DNA of 64,000 nucleotides from Mobula hypostoma (taxonomy: Eukaryota): assembly GCF_963921235.1 (NCBI RefSeq), contig NC_086097.1, positions 151,344,001 to 151,408,000 on the forward strand, in the 5' to 3' direction. Below, piece after piece: positions 1 to 13,521 of this stretch (its first letter is position 1; each line of letters opens with the position of its first letter). A program made the translations under genes and the position numbers. A model generated the notes under the pieces. That model saw nothing but the letters and a program-made list of their open reading frames with translations, was not told the origin of the DNA and searched no databases.

Positions 1-188
1 CTTCCAGCAGAAGTGGTTGAGGCAGGTTCGATGTTGTCATTTAAAGTTAAATTGGATAGATATATGGACAGGAATGGAGGGTTATGGGCTGAGTGCAGGT
101 TGGTGGGACTAGGTGAGAGTAAGAGTTCGGCACGGATTAGAAGGGCCGAGATGGCCTGTTTCCGTGCTGTAATTGTTATATGGTTAAT
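1..188 (+). mobile_element. 3' end of a CR1-type LINE (truncated by window edge)
   Basis: Typical CR1 3' UTR ('gggccgagatggcctgtttccgtgctgt') followed by a short repeat tail; similar to the CR1 ends at ~7650-7710 and ~20960-21004. Confidence 0.8.
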
Positions 189-947
189 GCTAAGAGGATC
201 CACAGTATTTGTTTTGTTGACTAATTATACAAATTTTATAGTGATAAGGTATCATGTTTTTGGCAATTGTATATTGTAATTTTGGGAGAGACTAGAAATT
301 CCCATAAAGTGAAAACCTAACGATAAACTTATGAATGTCATCGTGCAGTCAATTGTTGACAAATGTAGAGTGAGTAATCTCTATCGTGCTTCTGATACGA
401 ACAGGAATTTTGCATTGGAGCTTGGTGCTTAAATTTGCAGTGATTTAGCACTGATTACTTACTAAATTGTGCTGAATTTAGGTGATGCAAATATGACTTG
501 ATACTCCTGTTGAGTGACTTGTAATGCTGTTTAAAAGCCTTTATAGTTGAAGTAGCGGTTTCAGATTATTGTTTTTTTTAAAGGCTTCAAATATTTTTTG
601 TTCAAGAAAAAAATTATCTTCTCAATTGTTAAAAATTTCAAACATTTCATAACCTTCACAGAAATGATTCAGTTCATCCTGATTTTAAGTTAGTTACCCA
701 CTATTTGAACCTCTTCTAATTTCATTAAACAGTTTCATGTGGCAAATGTGTCAAGTTAAAATTTATTTCCTAAAATACTGTTTTAATTTTTTGCTTTACT
801 TTTCAACAGATCTTTTGTTCCTTGTGTGCACATATTTTTCAGGATGCAAGTGTACTGTAAGGTTTAACATGATAAGTTGGAATTGGTGCATTTTATGCAA
901 GAAATAACCTAAATTACTTGGTGACTCATGTAATTGCTACTAAATTG

Positions 948-1488
948 AGTCGTAGTCATACTTTATTGATCCTGGGGGAAATTGGTTTTCGTTACAGTTG
1001 CACCATAAATAATAGTAATAGAAATATTAACAGTAATATTACTATTAGTAAATAGTAATAGTCATAGAAATAATAAATAGTAATAGAAAATAGTAATAAA
1101 TGGTTAAATAGTAATATGTAAATTATGTCAGTAAATTATGAAATAAGTCAAGGACCAGCCTATTGGCTCAGAGTGTCTGACCCTCCAAGGGAGGAGTTGT
1201 AAAGTTTGATGGCCACAGGCAGGAATGACTTCCTATGACACTCTGTACTGCATCTCGGAGGAATGAGTTTCTGGCTGAATGTACTCCTGTGCCCACCCAG
1301 TACATTATGTAGTGGATGGGACACATTGTCCAAGATGGCATGCAACTGGGACAGCATCCTCTTTTCAGACACCACCGTCAGAGAGTCCAGTTCCATCCCC
1401 ACAACATCACTGGCCTTACGAATGAGTTTGTTGATTCTGTTGGTGTCTGCTACCCTCAGCCTGCTGCCCCAGCAAACAACAGCAGCAG
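948..1488 (-). mobile_element. 5'-truncated Rex1/Babar-type LINE
   Basis: ORF 1160-1507(-) encodes the RT C-terminal region (..NKLIRKASDVVG..DNVSHPLH..RKSFLPVAIKLYN). AT-rich (AATAGT)n tract in the 3' UTR; AATAAA and a short tandem tail near 950-966. Confidence 0.8.
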
Positions 1489-1906
1489 GCTGAGATTTGA
1501 AATTCAAGTTGAATATTGCTGAAAACTAGGTCTAGTAAAAAAACGACAATGGCAGCAAGGATTGTACTTTCATGAGCAACAAACGCTGGAGGAACTCTTG
1601 TCCTTTCAAGGATTCTATCCCGAATGCAAATAAATTTAATTATCTCTTAAATGAGAAAATGAATATGCAATGTAGGAATATGCATTGCCTTGCTTAATGG
1701 ATCATGGAATGCTTGTGGTCTCACAAAGATTTAATAAATCCTGGAAAGATTTTGTATTTATTAACGAAGTTCTATAACATTAACTGAACTTAGGGTATTT
1801 AATTGCAGACTTTTGTTTTGACTTGAGTGAAGTATTCCTTTTTTGAATTCCACCACAAAATCAAATTGGTTGTTCCATGTAACTGCAAAGGTATCCAAAC
1901 TAATAT

Positions 1907-2722
1907 AAACACGAGAGATTCCACAGATGTTGGAAATCCAAAGCAATACACACAATGCAGGAGGAACTCAGCAGGTGAGGCAGCATCGATGGAAATGAAT
2001 GAACAGTCGACATTTTGGGCTGAGATCTTTCATCGGGACTGGAAAGGAAGGGGGAAAGATGACAGAATAAGGTGGGGGAGGGGAAGGAGTACAAGCTGGA
2101 TGAAGCTGGGTGGGTCGGGGAGAAGAGTGAATTAAGAAACTGGGAGGTGGTGGGTGGAAAGGTAAAGGGTTGGAGAAGGAGTTTGATAGGAGAGGAGAGT
2201 GGCCTATTTGAGAAGGGGATGGAGGGACACCAGGGGGACGGTGATAGCAGGTGAGAAGAGATGGGCAGAGTGGGGAAATGAACAAGGGGAAAGTGGGGGA
2301 GAAAATCTTACTGGACATTGGAGAAATCTATATTCATGCCATCAGGCTGGAGGTGACCTAAATGGGATACAAGTGTTGTTCTTCCAACCTGAGAGTGGGC
2401 TCATCTTTCAGAAGAGACCGTGGACTGGTATGTTGGAATGGGGATAGAAATTGAAATGGTTGGCCACTGGGATGTCCTGCTTTTTGCGGATGGAGTGAAG
2501 GTGCTTGACAAAGCAGTTCCCCAATTTATGTTGGGTGTCGCTAAAGTAGATAAAGCCACATTGGGAGCACCAGATGTGGTAGATTGCCCCAGCAGATTTG
2601 CAGATGAAGTGATACCTCATCTGGAAGAATTGCTGGGGCCCAATGGATTCTCAGGTGAAGTATTCATTTCCATAGATGCTGCCTGACCTGCTGGGTTCCA
2701 CCAGCACTTTTTGCATATTATT
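1907..2722 (-). mobile_element. Penelope-like element remnant (GIY-YIG endonuclease fragment, inverted terminal segments)
   Basis: ORF 2408-2620(-) 'FICKSAGAIYHIWCSQCGFIYFSDT..KHLHSI..PVANHFN' is a decayed PLE GIY-YIG domain. Segments ~1945-2000 and ~2662-2715 are inverted copies of each other. Confidence 0.8.
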
Positions 2723-3072
2723 CCAAAATAAAATGTCATTGATCTAATAGCCAATAGAAAATGAAAAACGCAGGTTTAATAATTCTGAAGGCAGTCATAA
2801 CATTTATGCTATGAAGTATACAAGCAGGTTAAATGCTACAGCTTTGCAATTGATTATGTGAATTGCTTTAGGATCTCAAGTGGTTTAGTATTGTCCTTGT
2901 CAATCAGCCATTACTACAGTGAGCTCCATTTAATTGAGGCAAGTACGCTTTGGCCCAATTAAGTGGCTGCCCCAGTTAACTGAAGTTTTGAGGAAAGGCA
3001 TAAAAAAGACAAATTGCCATTTAACGGAGTAACAAATGATGGATTTAAATAAAAATTGGAAAACTGTCGAAT

Positions 3073-3534
3073 CACAAACAAGAAAATCTGCAGATGCTGA
3101 AAATCCAAGCAACGTACACAAAATGCTAGAGGAACTCAGCAGGCCAAGCAGTATCCATGGGGGGGGGGAGAGAGTATAATTCCCCCTTCACCATTCCCCG
3201 GGTCCCTCTCTCGTGTTATCTCCTTGCCCACCCATCACCTCCCTCTGGTGCTGCTGTCCTTCCCACCCCACCGGAGCTGGGGGGGGGGCCTTTTTTTCTT
3301 TCTTCTGTGGCCTTCTGTCTGTCTCTTTCATCAATCAACTTCCTAGCTCTTTGCTTCATCCTCTTCCCCTCCAAGTTTCACCTATTGCCTAGTGTTTCTC
3401 CCTCCCCTTCCCCCACCTTTCAAACCTCCTCAGCTTTTTTTCCACCAGTCTTGCTGAAGGGTTTCGGCTCCAAATATTGACTGTACTTTTCCCTTAGATG
3501 CTACCTGGCCTGCTGGGGGTGTGTGTGTGTTGCT
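3073..3534 (+). mobile_element. Short Penelope-derived element with inverted ends
   Basis: Starts with 'tctgcagatgctgaaaatccaagcaac..gaggaactcagcaggcc', has a pyrimidine-rich body and an inverted end 'tagatgctacctggcctgctg'; homologous to 1907-2722. Confidence 0.7.
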
Positions 3535-4026
3535 AAAACACTATTGATACTACTACAGTACTATAAAACTTCATTCCTAGAAGTTGCTGATGGAGGAATT
3601 CAACCTGTGTATGCTGCCGTGTTCTTTTGATTGATGGTAAATGAACAAAATCAGCACAGACACCTAGGACAGATAATGGACTGCCTTCATATAATGTTTT
3701 TGACAATTGCATCCTTCAGATCTTCATTTCCATTGTAATTTTCAAGATAATTGTTGATATCTTCAAATTCTTCATAGTTCCTAACTTGCTGAAATAGTGA
3801 AATTGTTTCATTTTCGCTCCTGGCTGTTTCTGGCATCTTCAAGCGTGAATGCTTGAAACCACATTGAGCAAAACTGTTCTGAATTGTCTTACTGCCTATT
3901 TCTTGTCACCTGTCAATGACAAAAAACAATACTTTCTGAATATAAACACATAACCGACACTATTTTAAAAACTTTGGTCTAAGCACTGTGTAGTGTCGAA
4001 TGGTCACACACGTGTATGCAACTGAT

Positions 4027-4285
4027 TTTTTTGTAGCGTGTCGCACCAGACAGTCAGCCATTATTGTCTGGTGCGTGATGTCAGGATTCGTCTCCTTTCG
4101 GATTAACCAGGTCACGATATGAACGTTCCTGACTCGACCCTTTTTTTTTTAACGAGGCCAAGTGGCTAGCTCGACGCTCAACCAGGCACGGATGGAAAGT
4201 GAGCTCAGGGAGTGGCCCGACTTGGATTCGAACTCAGCCTTCGCTCTGGAATCTGGCGCTGATGTGATTGCGCCACCAGCTGGCC
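4027..4285 (-). mobile_element. tRNA-derived SINE
   Basis: Minus strand begins GGCCAGCTGGTGGCGCAATC (A-box-like), has a GAGTTCGAATCC B-box and an A-rich tail. Flanked by direct repeat AACTGAT (4020-4026 / 4286-4292). Confidence 0.75.
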
Positions 4286-5890
4286 AACTGATATTAGTTG
4301 GAAATTGTTCAGAAACAATTTTCTGACCCAATTAAGTGGCATAGTGTCCCAAATAACCAAAGGAAATCCTAGCTATTTTCTTAATTAGTTTTTGTTCTTT
4401 GAGTTGTCCCAAATAAGTGGCTGTCCAGATTAACCGATGAACCAAATAACTGGAATCCACTATATTTTCTTTAAAACTTTGATTGTAAGATGACAGAGTT
4501 TTAATACTTGACAGTTCTTATGTGAAGTTAGTTTAAAAGGTTTTGCATGATTATTATCTTTAAGTTTGGGCTTGCTCAACACCTGCTGCGCAGATAAAAG
4601 TATAATGTGGTCAATTGTGGGTGCGGAATGTGGTGTACAATGCAATAAGTTTACCATTGCTACAGAAATCGTAGCTTTTCAAAGGTTTTGATATAGTTTA
4701 TCTATTTTCATTATGTTAAGATGTTGGTCTGCAAATCAAGAAAAATTATGATGGCTATATTAAATAACAATATATGGAGCATGAATTTTTATAAGCACCT
4801 CAGGACTTTGAAAGCTGATTTTAGATCTTTGCTGTGAAATTCAGAAAATGAGAGTTTGCTATGAAAATTAAAAGGTAGTATTCGGTTAAAATATATACAT
4901 AGCTGAAACTGAACAGTAGAATTAAATTGTTTGGCATTTGGCTTGTATATTTACTTTTGAAGTTTGGCTATAAGTAGAGATGTTGCAGCTGTGAAATTCA
5001 TTAGGAATAAACCCTTCAGATTGCCTTGTGGTTCTGCAGTAAGTTCATTTAAGCGCAAGATTGCCATTTGGTTTCAGTAGGCATATCATGGAATGTTGAT
5101 TTGTTTTTTTTCTCTCCTGCAGCACTTCTCATTTTTTTTGTTTTGTTAGTGCACAGGTTTTAGTTTTGAAAATAGTTTTCTTCACATATAGTCTAAATGA
5201 ACTCAAGCTTACCTTTTTAATTAATTGTTACTTTTATATTTTGGTACATGTTTGAAATGCACCTGCTCTAAATATAGACTTTGTATATTCCGTGGCTAGA
5301 AAGTTAATTCAAACATGTTTCTTAAGAGAATAGAGTTGTTCGTTCTGAGCACAAAAATTAGCGATCCCAAACTTGATGGGAAATTATGCTAGAGTACATT
5401 TTTAAGAAAAATAAATCCCTATGCTGTATTGATCATTTCGTAATCAATAACATAAATTTTGACCACCCAGCCATAGCCTGATATATCCTTGAATATCTAC
5501 ATTAAGGATGGATATGCTTGCAAATTGCTCAGTTAGAGATTGGGTTTGACAGGGCAATAATTGTTGGGTCTGAATGTGAAAACATCTTGATCCCAATTTA
5601 ATACTTGACCATACTTCAGTCGTTAATGCTTATCTTAATTTTGCATAGACAGGCTATGTTTAATTGGTATTTTGTGCATGATTGTGTACTTTTGGAGGTT
5701 TTACTCTGAGGGCAGAGGTAGAATCTTTGCAATGACACTTTGCAGCTGTTTTTCCCTTCTATTTGTATTGTACAATGCTATTTCTTAGATTGAGAGTATA
5801 GACGAACAAGACATTTTCTTAAAGCACAGAATACTGGAAAATCTTAGTATCATAAGGCAACATCTTCAGAAAGAGAAAATTCATGATGTG

Positions 5891-7711
5891 AAGTTTCTAC
5901 AAGTATGTGAAGAGCAAGAGCATCTATAAGTATGTGAAGAAGAGGAGGATAAGATGTGAGAGAATAGGACCAATCAAGCATGACAGTGGAAAAGTGTGTA
6001 TGGAACTGGAGGAGATAGCAGAGGTACTTAATGAGCACTTTGCATCAGTATTCACTATGGAAAAGGATTTTTGGCGATCGTAGGGATGGCTGAAAAACTA
6101 GAGCATGTAGATATCAAGAAAGAGGATGTGCTGGAGCTTTTGGAAAGCATCAAGTTGGATAAGTCACTGGGACTGGACGAGATGTATCCCAGGCTATTGT
6201 GGGAGGTGAAGGAGGAGATTGCTGAGCCTCTGATGATGATCTTTGCACCATCAATGGGGACGGGAGAGGTTCCAGAGGATTGCAGGGTTGCAGATGTTGT
6301 TCCATTATTCAAGAAAGGGAGTAGAGATAGCCGAGGAAATTATAGACCAGTGAGTCTTACTTCAGTGGTTGGTAAGTTGATGGAGAAGATCCTGAGAGGC
6401 AGGATTTATTAACATTTAGAGAGGCACAATATGATAAGGAATAGTCAGCATGGCTTTGCCAAAGGCTGATCGTGCCTTATGAGCCTGACTGAATTTTTTG
6501 AGGCTGTGACTAAACACATTGATGAAGGTAGAGCTGTAGATGTAGTATATATGGATTTCAGCAAGGCATTTGACAAGGTACCCCATGCAAGGCCTATTGA
6601 GAAAGTAAGGAGGCATGGATCCAAGGGGACCTTGCTTTGTGGATCCAGAACTGGCTTGCCCACAGAAGGCAAAGAGCAGTTGTAGACGGGTCATATTCTG
6701 CATGGAGGTCAGTGACCAATGGTGTGCCTCAGGGATCTGTTCTGGGACCCCTACTCTTTGTGATTTTTATAAATGACCTGGATGACGAAGTGGAGGGATG
6801 GGTTAGTAGATTTGTTGATGACATAAAGGTTGGGAATGTTGTGGATAATGTGGAAGGCTGTCAGAGGTTTCAGCGGGACATTGATAGAATACAAAACTAG
6901 GCTGAGAAGTGGAAGATGGAGTTCAACCCAGATAAGTGTGAAGTGGTTCATTTTGGTAGGTCAAATATGATGGCAGAATGTAGTATTAATGTTAAGACTC
7001 TTGGCAGTGTGGAGGATCAGAGGGATCTTTAGGTCCAAGTCCATAGGACACTCAAAGCTGCTGCGCAGGTTCACTCTGTGGTTAAGAAAGCATTGACCTT
7101 CATCAATCGTGGAATTGGGTTTAGGAGCCAAGAGGTAATGTTGCAGCTATGTAGGACCCTGGTCAGACCCCACTTGGAGTACTGTGCTCAGTTCTAGTCG
7201 CCTCACTGTAGGAAGGATGGGGAAATCATAGAAAGGGTGCAGAGGAGATTTACAAGAATGTTGTCTGGATTGGGGAGCATGCCTTATGAGAATAGGTTGA
7301 ATGAACTCGGCCTTTTTTCCTTGGAGTGACGGAGGATGGGAGGTGACCTGATAGAGGTGTATAAGATGATGAGAGGCATTGATCGTGTGGATAGTCAGAG
7401 GCTCTTTCCCAGGGCTGAAATGGCTGGCACGAGAGGACACAGTTTTAAGGTACTTGGAAGTAGGTACAGAGGAGATGTCAAGGTTAAGTTTTTTTTTACG
7501 CAGAGTGTTGAGTGCGTGGAATGGGCTGCTGGCGATGGTGGTGGAGGTGGATACGATAGGGTGGTTTGAGAGACTCCTGGACAGGTACATGGAGCTCAGA
7601 AAAATAGAGGGCTATGGGTAAACCTAGGTAATTTCTAAGGTATGGACAAGTTTGGCACAGCTTTGTGGGCTAAAGGCCCTGTAATGTGCTGTAGGGTTTC
7701 TATGTTTCTGT
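5891..7711 (+). mobile_element. 5'-truncated CR1 LINE (disrupted ORF2 RT) inserted into a short Penelope-derived element
   Basis: ORF fragments [28 protein letters not shown] and [22 protein letters not shown]1 3' tail 'tttctatgtttct'. Penelope-type halves lie at ~5815-5890 and ~7712-7845. Confidence 0.92.
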
Positions 7712-9214
7712 GATTTGGGCCCAAGACCCTTCATCAGAACTAAGCAAAGACCTGAAACATGAACTGTTTCTCTTTCTTGTGAATGTTTCCTGATCGAGTA
7801 AGTGTTCGAGCATTATCTATTTGTTTTGGATTTTTGGCATCAAAAGTTTTTTCTTAAATTTATATATTTTTTTTCAAATTCATTGCCTTATTTGTTAAAT
7901 TTCTCTACATTTTCACACTTTTTATAGTTTTCCAAAAATATTTGGCAGTCTCACCTGGTTGACACCTATGAGAATGTGCAGAAATAAGTGCAGTATCTTG
8001 ATGGTGTGCTGTGTTGCACTTGTGTATTTTTTTGTTTCAATATAAAGCCTTCTGTTGAAACTATTGACAGTCCTTTCTACTTCAGGTATTTTTAAGTGAT
8101 CATATGAAGAAAGACGCATTTGTCTTCTTGACCATCCAGTGCTAGGATCAAGTATTTATATAACATGTTTATGACTATGGCAAACTTGTCTTTTCTCGGT
8201 AAATCTCTGATAATCTAGTATCTTTGTTCAAGTAGTGGAATTTCTCAGTTGTTTATTGGAATCATTAGATGCACTGAGAAATGTTGTAAGGGTACAACTA
8301 ATATTAAGAACTTTATATTGGCAATATTGACTCAGATAGTTCATGCTTTTGAAATTTACTGTTATAATTTGTAACGGAGATAAACTTCCACCAGCCCTCA
8401 ATCTTGCTGGTGAACTCCACTTAACTGCCAAATTACAGTTGGCTGTATGGCAGTTTGAACCTGGGCTTGGAATGTAAAACTCCTTTAGGAATTTTTGTGG
8501 TCAGTCTTGATGGGTCAATGGAGATTTCAGTTACAGACATAGTGGGGAGTGACAATCACCTAATGACCAGATACAACAGTATTGACACTTAATCCGGTTT
8601 AAGACTTTGAGAAATATGGTATTTTCAATAGGACTAAAGTGTACCATGCAGTCATTTTTTAAAATTATGACTGATATTTATGTCCACCTGTGTGAATTAA
8701 AAAAAAATCAACTTTTCTGTCATTCCTCCTGAATGATTATTGTCATTATCTGATAAGCTTGACCTCTTTGATTTTATCATTGCTCTCAGTTGTACTGCTG
8801 TTATTGAATTTATCCATATTTCCTGTGTGTAGTAATTGTTCAGTACTGACCTAAATCTGATCTGATAGCAGTAGAAGAAGGCTAATTAAATTCTCTTGAT
8901 TTTCTTACAAATATTTGGCTGCTTCAGGAGCAAGACGCTGACATGTGATTAACCCTTTAGTAATACTGGTTCACAATTACCAGATGTAACAAGTGAGGTA
9001 AATTGAAAACATTTACTGTTAAGGAAACAGAGTCTCCATTGAAACCTCAATTTCAAAAGGTAGATGTTTACAGCATGATGGAAAGTAACATGCTTGGGGT
9101 GAAGGAAGGGAAGTTGTAGTTTGTTGGAAATACTTTGTGGATTTTCTCTTAGTAATTTAGTTCAGTTGTAATAATTCTGTATCTATAGGTATATTTAATG
9201 TAAAGGGGTGGCTA

Positions 9215-12200
9215 GGGAAAGTGTTGGTCCACTTAGAGTTCAGCAAGGCCACTTATGTCTTGAGCCACAGGAAAGGAGAAAATCATGCCTGCTCAAGAGA
9301 TAATGAAATAAGTTTTGGAGAATATCCATATTACCAGGTTGGAAGTGTTTCCTACATTTAAGTAGATAAATCTGCAGGGCTTTGGATTTTGCAGGAGGCC
9401 GGAGAAGAAATTGCAGGGGCTCTTACGAGACGGTTGCTTCGTCATTAGCCACTAGTGAAGTTCCCAAAGTAGTTAATGTTCTGTTTAAGAATGGTAGCTA
9501 GTCAATTACAGGCTGATATCAATAGTGGAGAAACTCCTGGAGGAAATTTTGAGGGACAGGATCTGCCAGCATTTGGATAAAGTCTGAATTAGGAGCAGTT
9601 GGCTTGACTTATTGCGTGGGTATTCGTGTTTGACAGAGGTTTTCAAATTATTTTAAAAAGTAAGCAGAAAAGTTGATGAGGCTGTGAATGTTGTCCATTA
9701 GGAATATAGCAAGACCTTTGACGAGATCTTTCATGGCTGGCTGGTTAGAAAGGTGCGATCCCATGAAATCCAGGGACAGCAATTTGAGTGGATTGAAAAT
9801 TGGTTCAGAGTTGGAAAGAAGAGGGTGCCTGAAGGTTGTTTCTCGGAATGGAAGCCATTGTTATTGGTGTGCTTCAGAAGTTGGTGTGTCGGGTTTATTA
9901 TCACCGGCATGTGTTGGGAAATTTGTTAACTTTGTAGCAATGCAATGCAAGGCATGGTAACACAGAAAAATAAAAAATAAATCAATTGCAGTAAGTATAT
10001 ATATATGTATATTGAATAGATTAAAAATAGTGCAAAAACAATTATTTAAAAAAGTAAAGTGAGGTAGTGTTCTTGGTTCAATGTCAATTTACGAATCGTA
10101 TGACAGAAGGGAAGAAGCTGTTAACTGAATTGCTGAGTGTGTGCCTTCAGGCTTCTGTACCTCTTGCCTGACAGTAACAAAGAGAATAGTGTATGCCCTC
10201 GATGATGGGGGTCCTTAATGCACATCGCCTTTCTGAGGCACCACTCCTTGAAGATACCTTGGGTACTACAGAGGCTAGTACCCAAGATGGAGCTGACTAA
10301 TTTTACAACTTTCTGTAGCTGCTTTTGGGCTTGTCTGGTTGTGCCCCCCCCCACCCCCAAACCCAAATACCATACAGTGATGCAGTCTGTCAGAATGTTC
10401 TCCATGCTACATCGATAGTTTTCAAGTGTGTTAGTTGACAAACCAAACCTTACCAAAGTCCTAATGAAATATAGCTGCTGTTGTGCCTTCGTTATAGCTG
10501 TATCAATATGTTGGGACCAGAGAGCTTAACACCCAGGACTTGAATTTGCTTACTCTCTCCACTCTGATCCCTTGATGAAGATTGGTTCATGTTCCCTTGT
10601 CTTACCCTTCTTGAAGTCCATAATCATCTCTTGTCATACTGACGTTGAGTGCAAGGTTGTTGCTATGACACTACTCAACTAGCTGGTATATCACACTCTT
10701 TTATACCCTTTCATCTCCATCTGATATTCTGCCAACAATGGTTGTATCATCAGCAAATTTATAGATGGTATTTGAGCTATACTTAGCCACATAGTCATGT
10801 GTAGAGGGAGTAGAGCAGTGAGCTAAGCACACACTCCTGAGGTGCACTAGTGTTGATCGTCAGCAGGGAGGAGATATTATCACCAGTCCGCACAGATTAT
10901 GGTTTTCTGGTTAGGAAGTCAATGTTCCACTTGCAGAGGGAGGTACAAAGGCCCAGGTTATGTAGCTTGTCTTTCAGGACCGTGTGAATAATGGTGTTAA
11001 AGGCTGAGCTATATTCATCAAACAGCATTCTGACATAGGTGTTTGTATTGTCCAGGTGATCAAAGGCCACGTGAAGAGCCATTGAGATTGCACCTCCTGT
11101 AGACTGATTGTGGTGATAGGCAAATTGTAGTGGGTCCAAATCCTTGCTGAGGCAGGAGTTCATTCCAGCCATGACCAGCCTCTCAAAGCATTTCATTACT
11201 GTAGATGTAAGTGCTATTGGATGATGGTCATTAAGACAACTCAAACTAATCTTCTTAGACACTGGTACAATAGTTTCTTCTTTTGAAGCTGGTGGGAACT
11301 TCTGGCTGTAGCAGTGAGAGGTTGAAAATGTCCTTGAGTACTCCTGCCAGTCGGCATAAATTTCCAGAGCCTTAGCAGGTATGCCATCGGGGTTTGCGAA
11401 GATTCACCCTCCTTAAAGACAGCCTAACGTTGGTCTCCAAGACAGAAACCAGAAATCAGGGGTCACCGGGTGCAACAGGGATCTTCACAGCTGTAGTTAT
11501 ATTCTTCCTCTACAAAGCAGTTATAGAAGACATTGAGCTCATCTGGTAGTGAAGCGTTGTTACCATTCATGCTATTGGGTTCCACTTTGTAGGAAGTAAT
11601 GTCTTGCAAACCCTGCCAGAATTGATGTGTATCCGATGTCCCCTTCAACCCCTTGCTCAGAATTTTCTCTTTGCTCTTAAAATGGCCATCTGCAAATCAT
11701 ACCTGGTTTTCTTGTACAGACCTGAGTCACCAGACTTGAATGCCATGGATCTAGCCCTTAACAGATGACGTACCTTCTGGTTCATTCACAGCTTTTGTTT
11801 TGGGAATGTACAGCCACACATCCACATAGAACCCTTGTTATTCATTATTTATATAAATGATTTGGACATGAATGCACAAAGTGTGATCAGTAAGTTTGCA
11901 GATGACAAAATGATGACATGCTGATAGGGAGGTTGTTGTAGATCAGAGGAAATCATTGGGGAATGGGCTGAGGAATGGCTAATAGAATTTAATACCGATA
12001 AGAGTAAGATGATGCATTTTAAAAAGTCAAACCGGCATACTGTGAATGGTAGGGCACTAGGGAGTGTAAAGGAACAGAGGGAGCTTGGAGTAAAAATACA
12101 TTGTTAATTGAAAGTGCAATGAACTATACATTCCGTAAACAGTGAAGAAGGTATTTAGCACACTGGTCTTCATCAGTCAGGGCTCTCACTGTAGGAGTCA

Positions 12201-12725
12201 GAACATTACGTTGCATTGTATAACTCTGTGGTGAAGTCGCACTTGGAGTACTGTGCACAGTTTTGGTCACCCTGTTAGAGAAAAAATGTAAAATTAGAAA
12301 GTGTGCAGAAAAGATTTATGAGATGTTGCCAGAGTTCTGAGTTATAGGGAGAGATTGGAGATGCTAGGTCTTTATTTGGAAAGTAGGACAGTGGGGGGTA
12401 GAAATGTTTAAAATTATGAAAGGCATAGATGAGGTGGATGGTAAGAGTTTTCGTCAAGATAGAGGAGTCCAAAGCTAAGGAAATGAGTTTACGTGAGGGG
12501 GAAAAACTTTACATGGGACTTGGCAACTTTTCATGAGGAGGGTGGTGAGCACCTGGAACAAACTGCCAGAGGAGATGGTTGAGGCAGGGACAAAAATATC
12601 ATTTAGGAAGCGCTGCTATGGATATGGGCTAAAAGCAGGAAGTCGGGACTAGCTGGGTAGGCAGCATGATTGGCATTGACAAGTTGAGCCAAAGGGTCTG
12701 TATTCATGCTTTGTTGCTTTATGAC
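9215..12725 (+). mobile_element. Old degraded CR1 LINE, split by the Rex1 insertion at ~9888-11820
   Basis: Decayed RT sequence on both sides; the GVPQGSVL | PLLFIIYINDL region is interrupted at the insertion. CR1 3' end near 12680-12725. Confidence 0.7.
9888..11820 (-). mobile_element. Rex1/Babar-type LINE fragment
   Basis: ORFs 10897-11262(-) '[40 protein letters not shown]' and 10121-10456(-) 'LLSGKRYRSLKAHT'; AATAAA tail near 9895. Confidence 0.88.
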
Positions 12726-13521
12726 CCTACCATTAATGTAAGATCCATTCTTTACAATAAGTTAAGTTTTTGTATTTGTTGGTATAATTTTTTTATTGGC
12801 ATTTGCTTTTTGGTATTTATATCTACCATAGTGCTGAATTGTTAGAATGTGAATCATATAACATTTAAAAAGTGGCATTTGTATTTCTAGAAGTTATTTG
12901 GTAAATATCATTGGCGGTTATGCTTTAATCTCAGATGTATTTATGTGACCACTACTTGAAGTTTTTGTCTAGTTAAAGGTGCAGAACAGAGGTATTGTAA
13001 CTGTGTTGAGGATTTGGCCATACATTACTAAAATCATCATTTTCCCTGAATGAAGTGCATAAATTGGTTTTGCCATTAATGAAGTTTGACTGGTGCTCCT
13101 GCCATGGTTCATGTTTAGGATGGTGAGTGCTGTTTTCTGTAGTGGATCTAGGTGTTAATGTCATCTGCTGTGCAAAGCTAATTTCAAGTACCGTTTGGAG
13201 GAAGGTAATGGCGAGGCTCTGAAGCAGTCTTGTCATCGGGCACTCTCATCTGGGTTTTATAAAGTGCCAATTGTCTTGTAGTGGTATAATTTAAAGGATG
13301 CTTCCAAGGATACCTTGCTTGGGTAAGTCCTGTGTTTCAGTCCTCTAGCTCATTTTCAATTTCCTCCTCTGTGTCCTTCTTAATATTGATTGCTGTCCTA
13401 TCCACTTTGTTACCACCATCACCCCCATTACCTCATTTAGGTCTCTGGCTGCTACCCCTCTTTCCCCATCAGACTGGTTTTGGAGTGGAAATAAAGTTTA
13501 ATGTCTATGGGATCACCAATA

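Larger units (their letters stand above)
2917..4462. mobile_element. Non-autonomous Tc1/mariner (Tigger-like) element carrying nested Penelope and SINE insertions
   Basis: TA|cagtgagctccatttaattg at the left and caaataactggaatccacta|TA at the right (degenerate TIRs). A homologous copy lies in opposite orientation at ~36490-37224. Confidence 0.6.

Noticed and set aside
1005..1145. (AATAGT)n-like array as a functional repeat
   Set aside because: Low-complexity tract within the Rex1 3' UTR.
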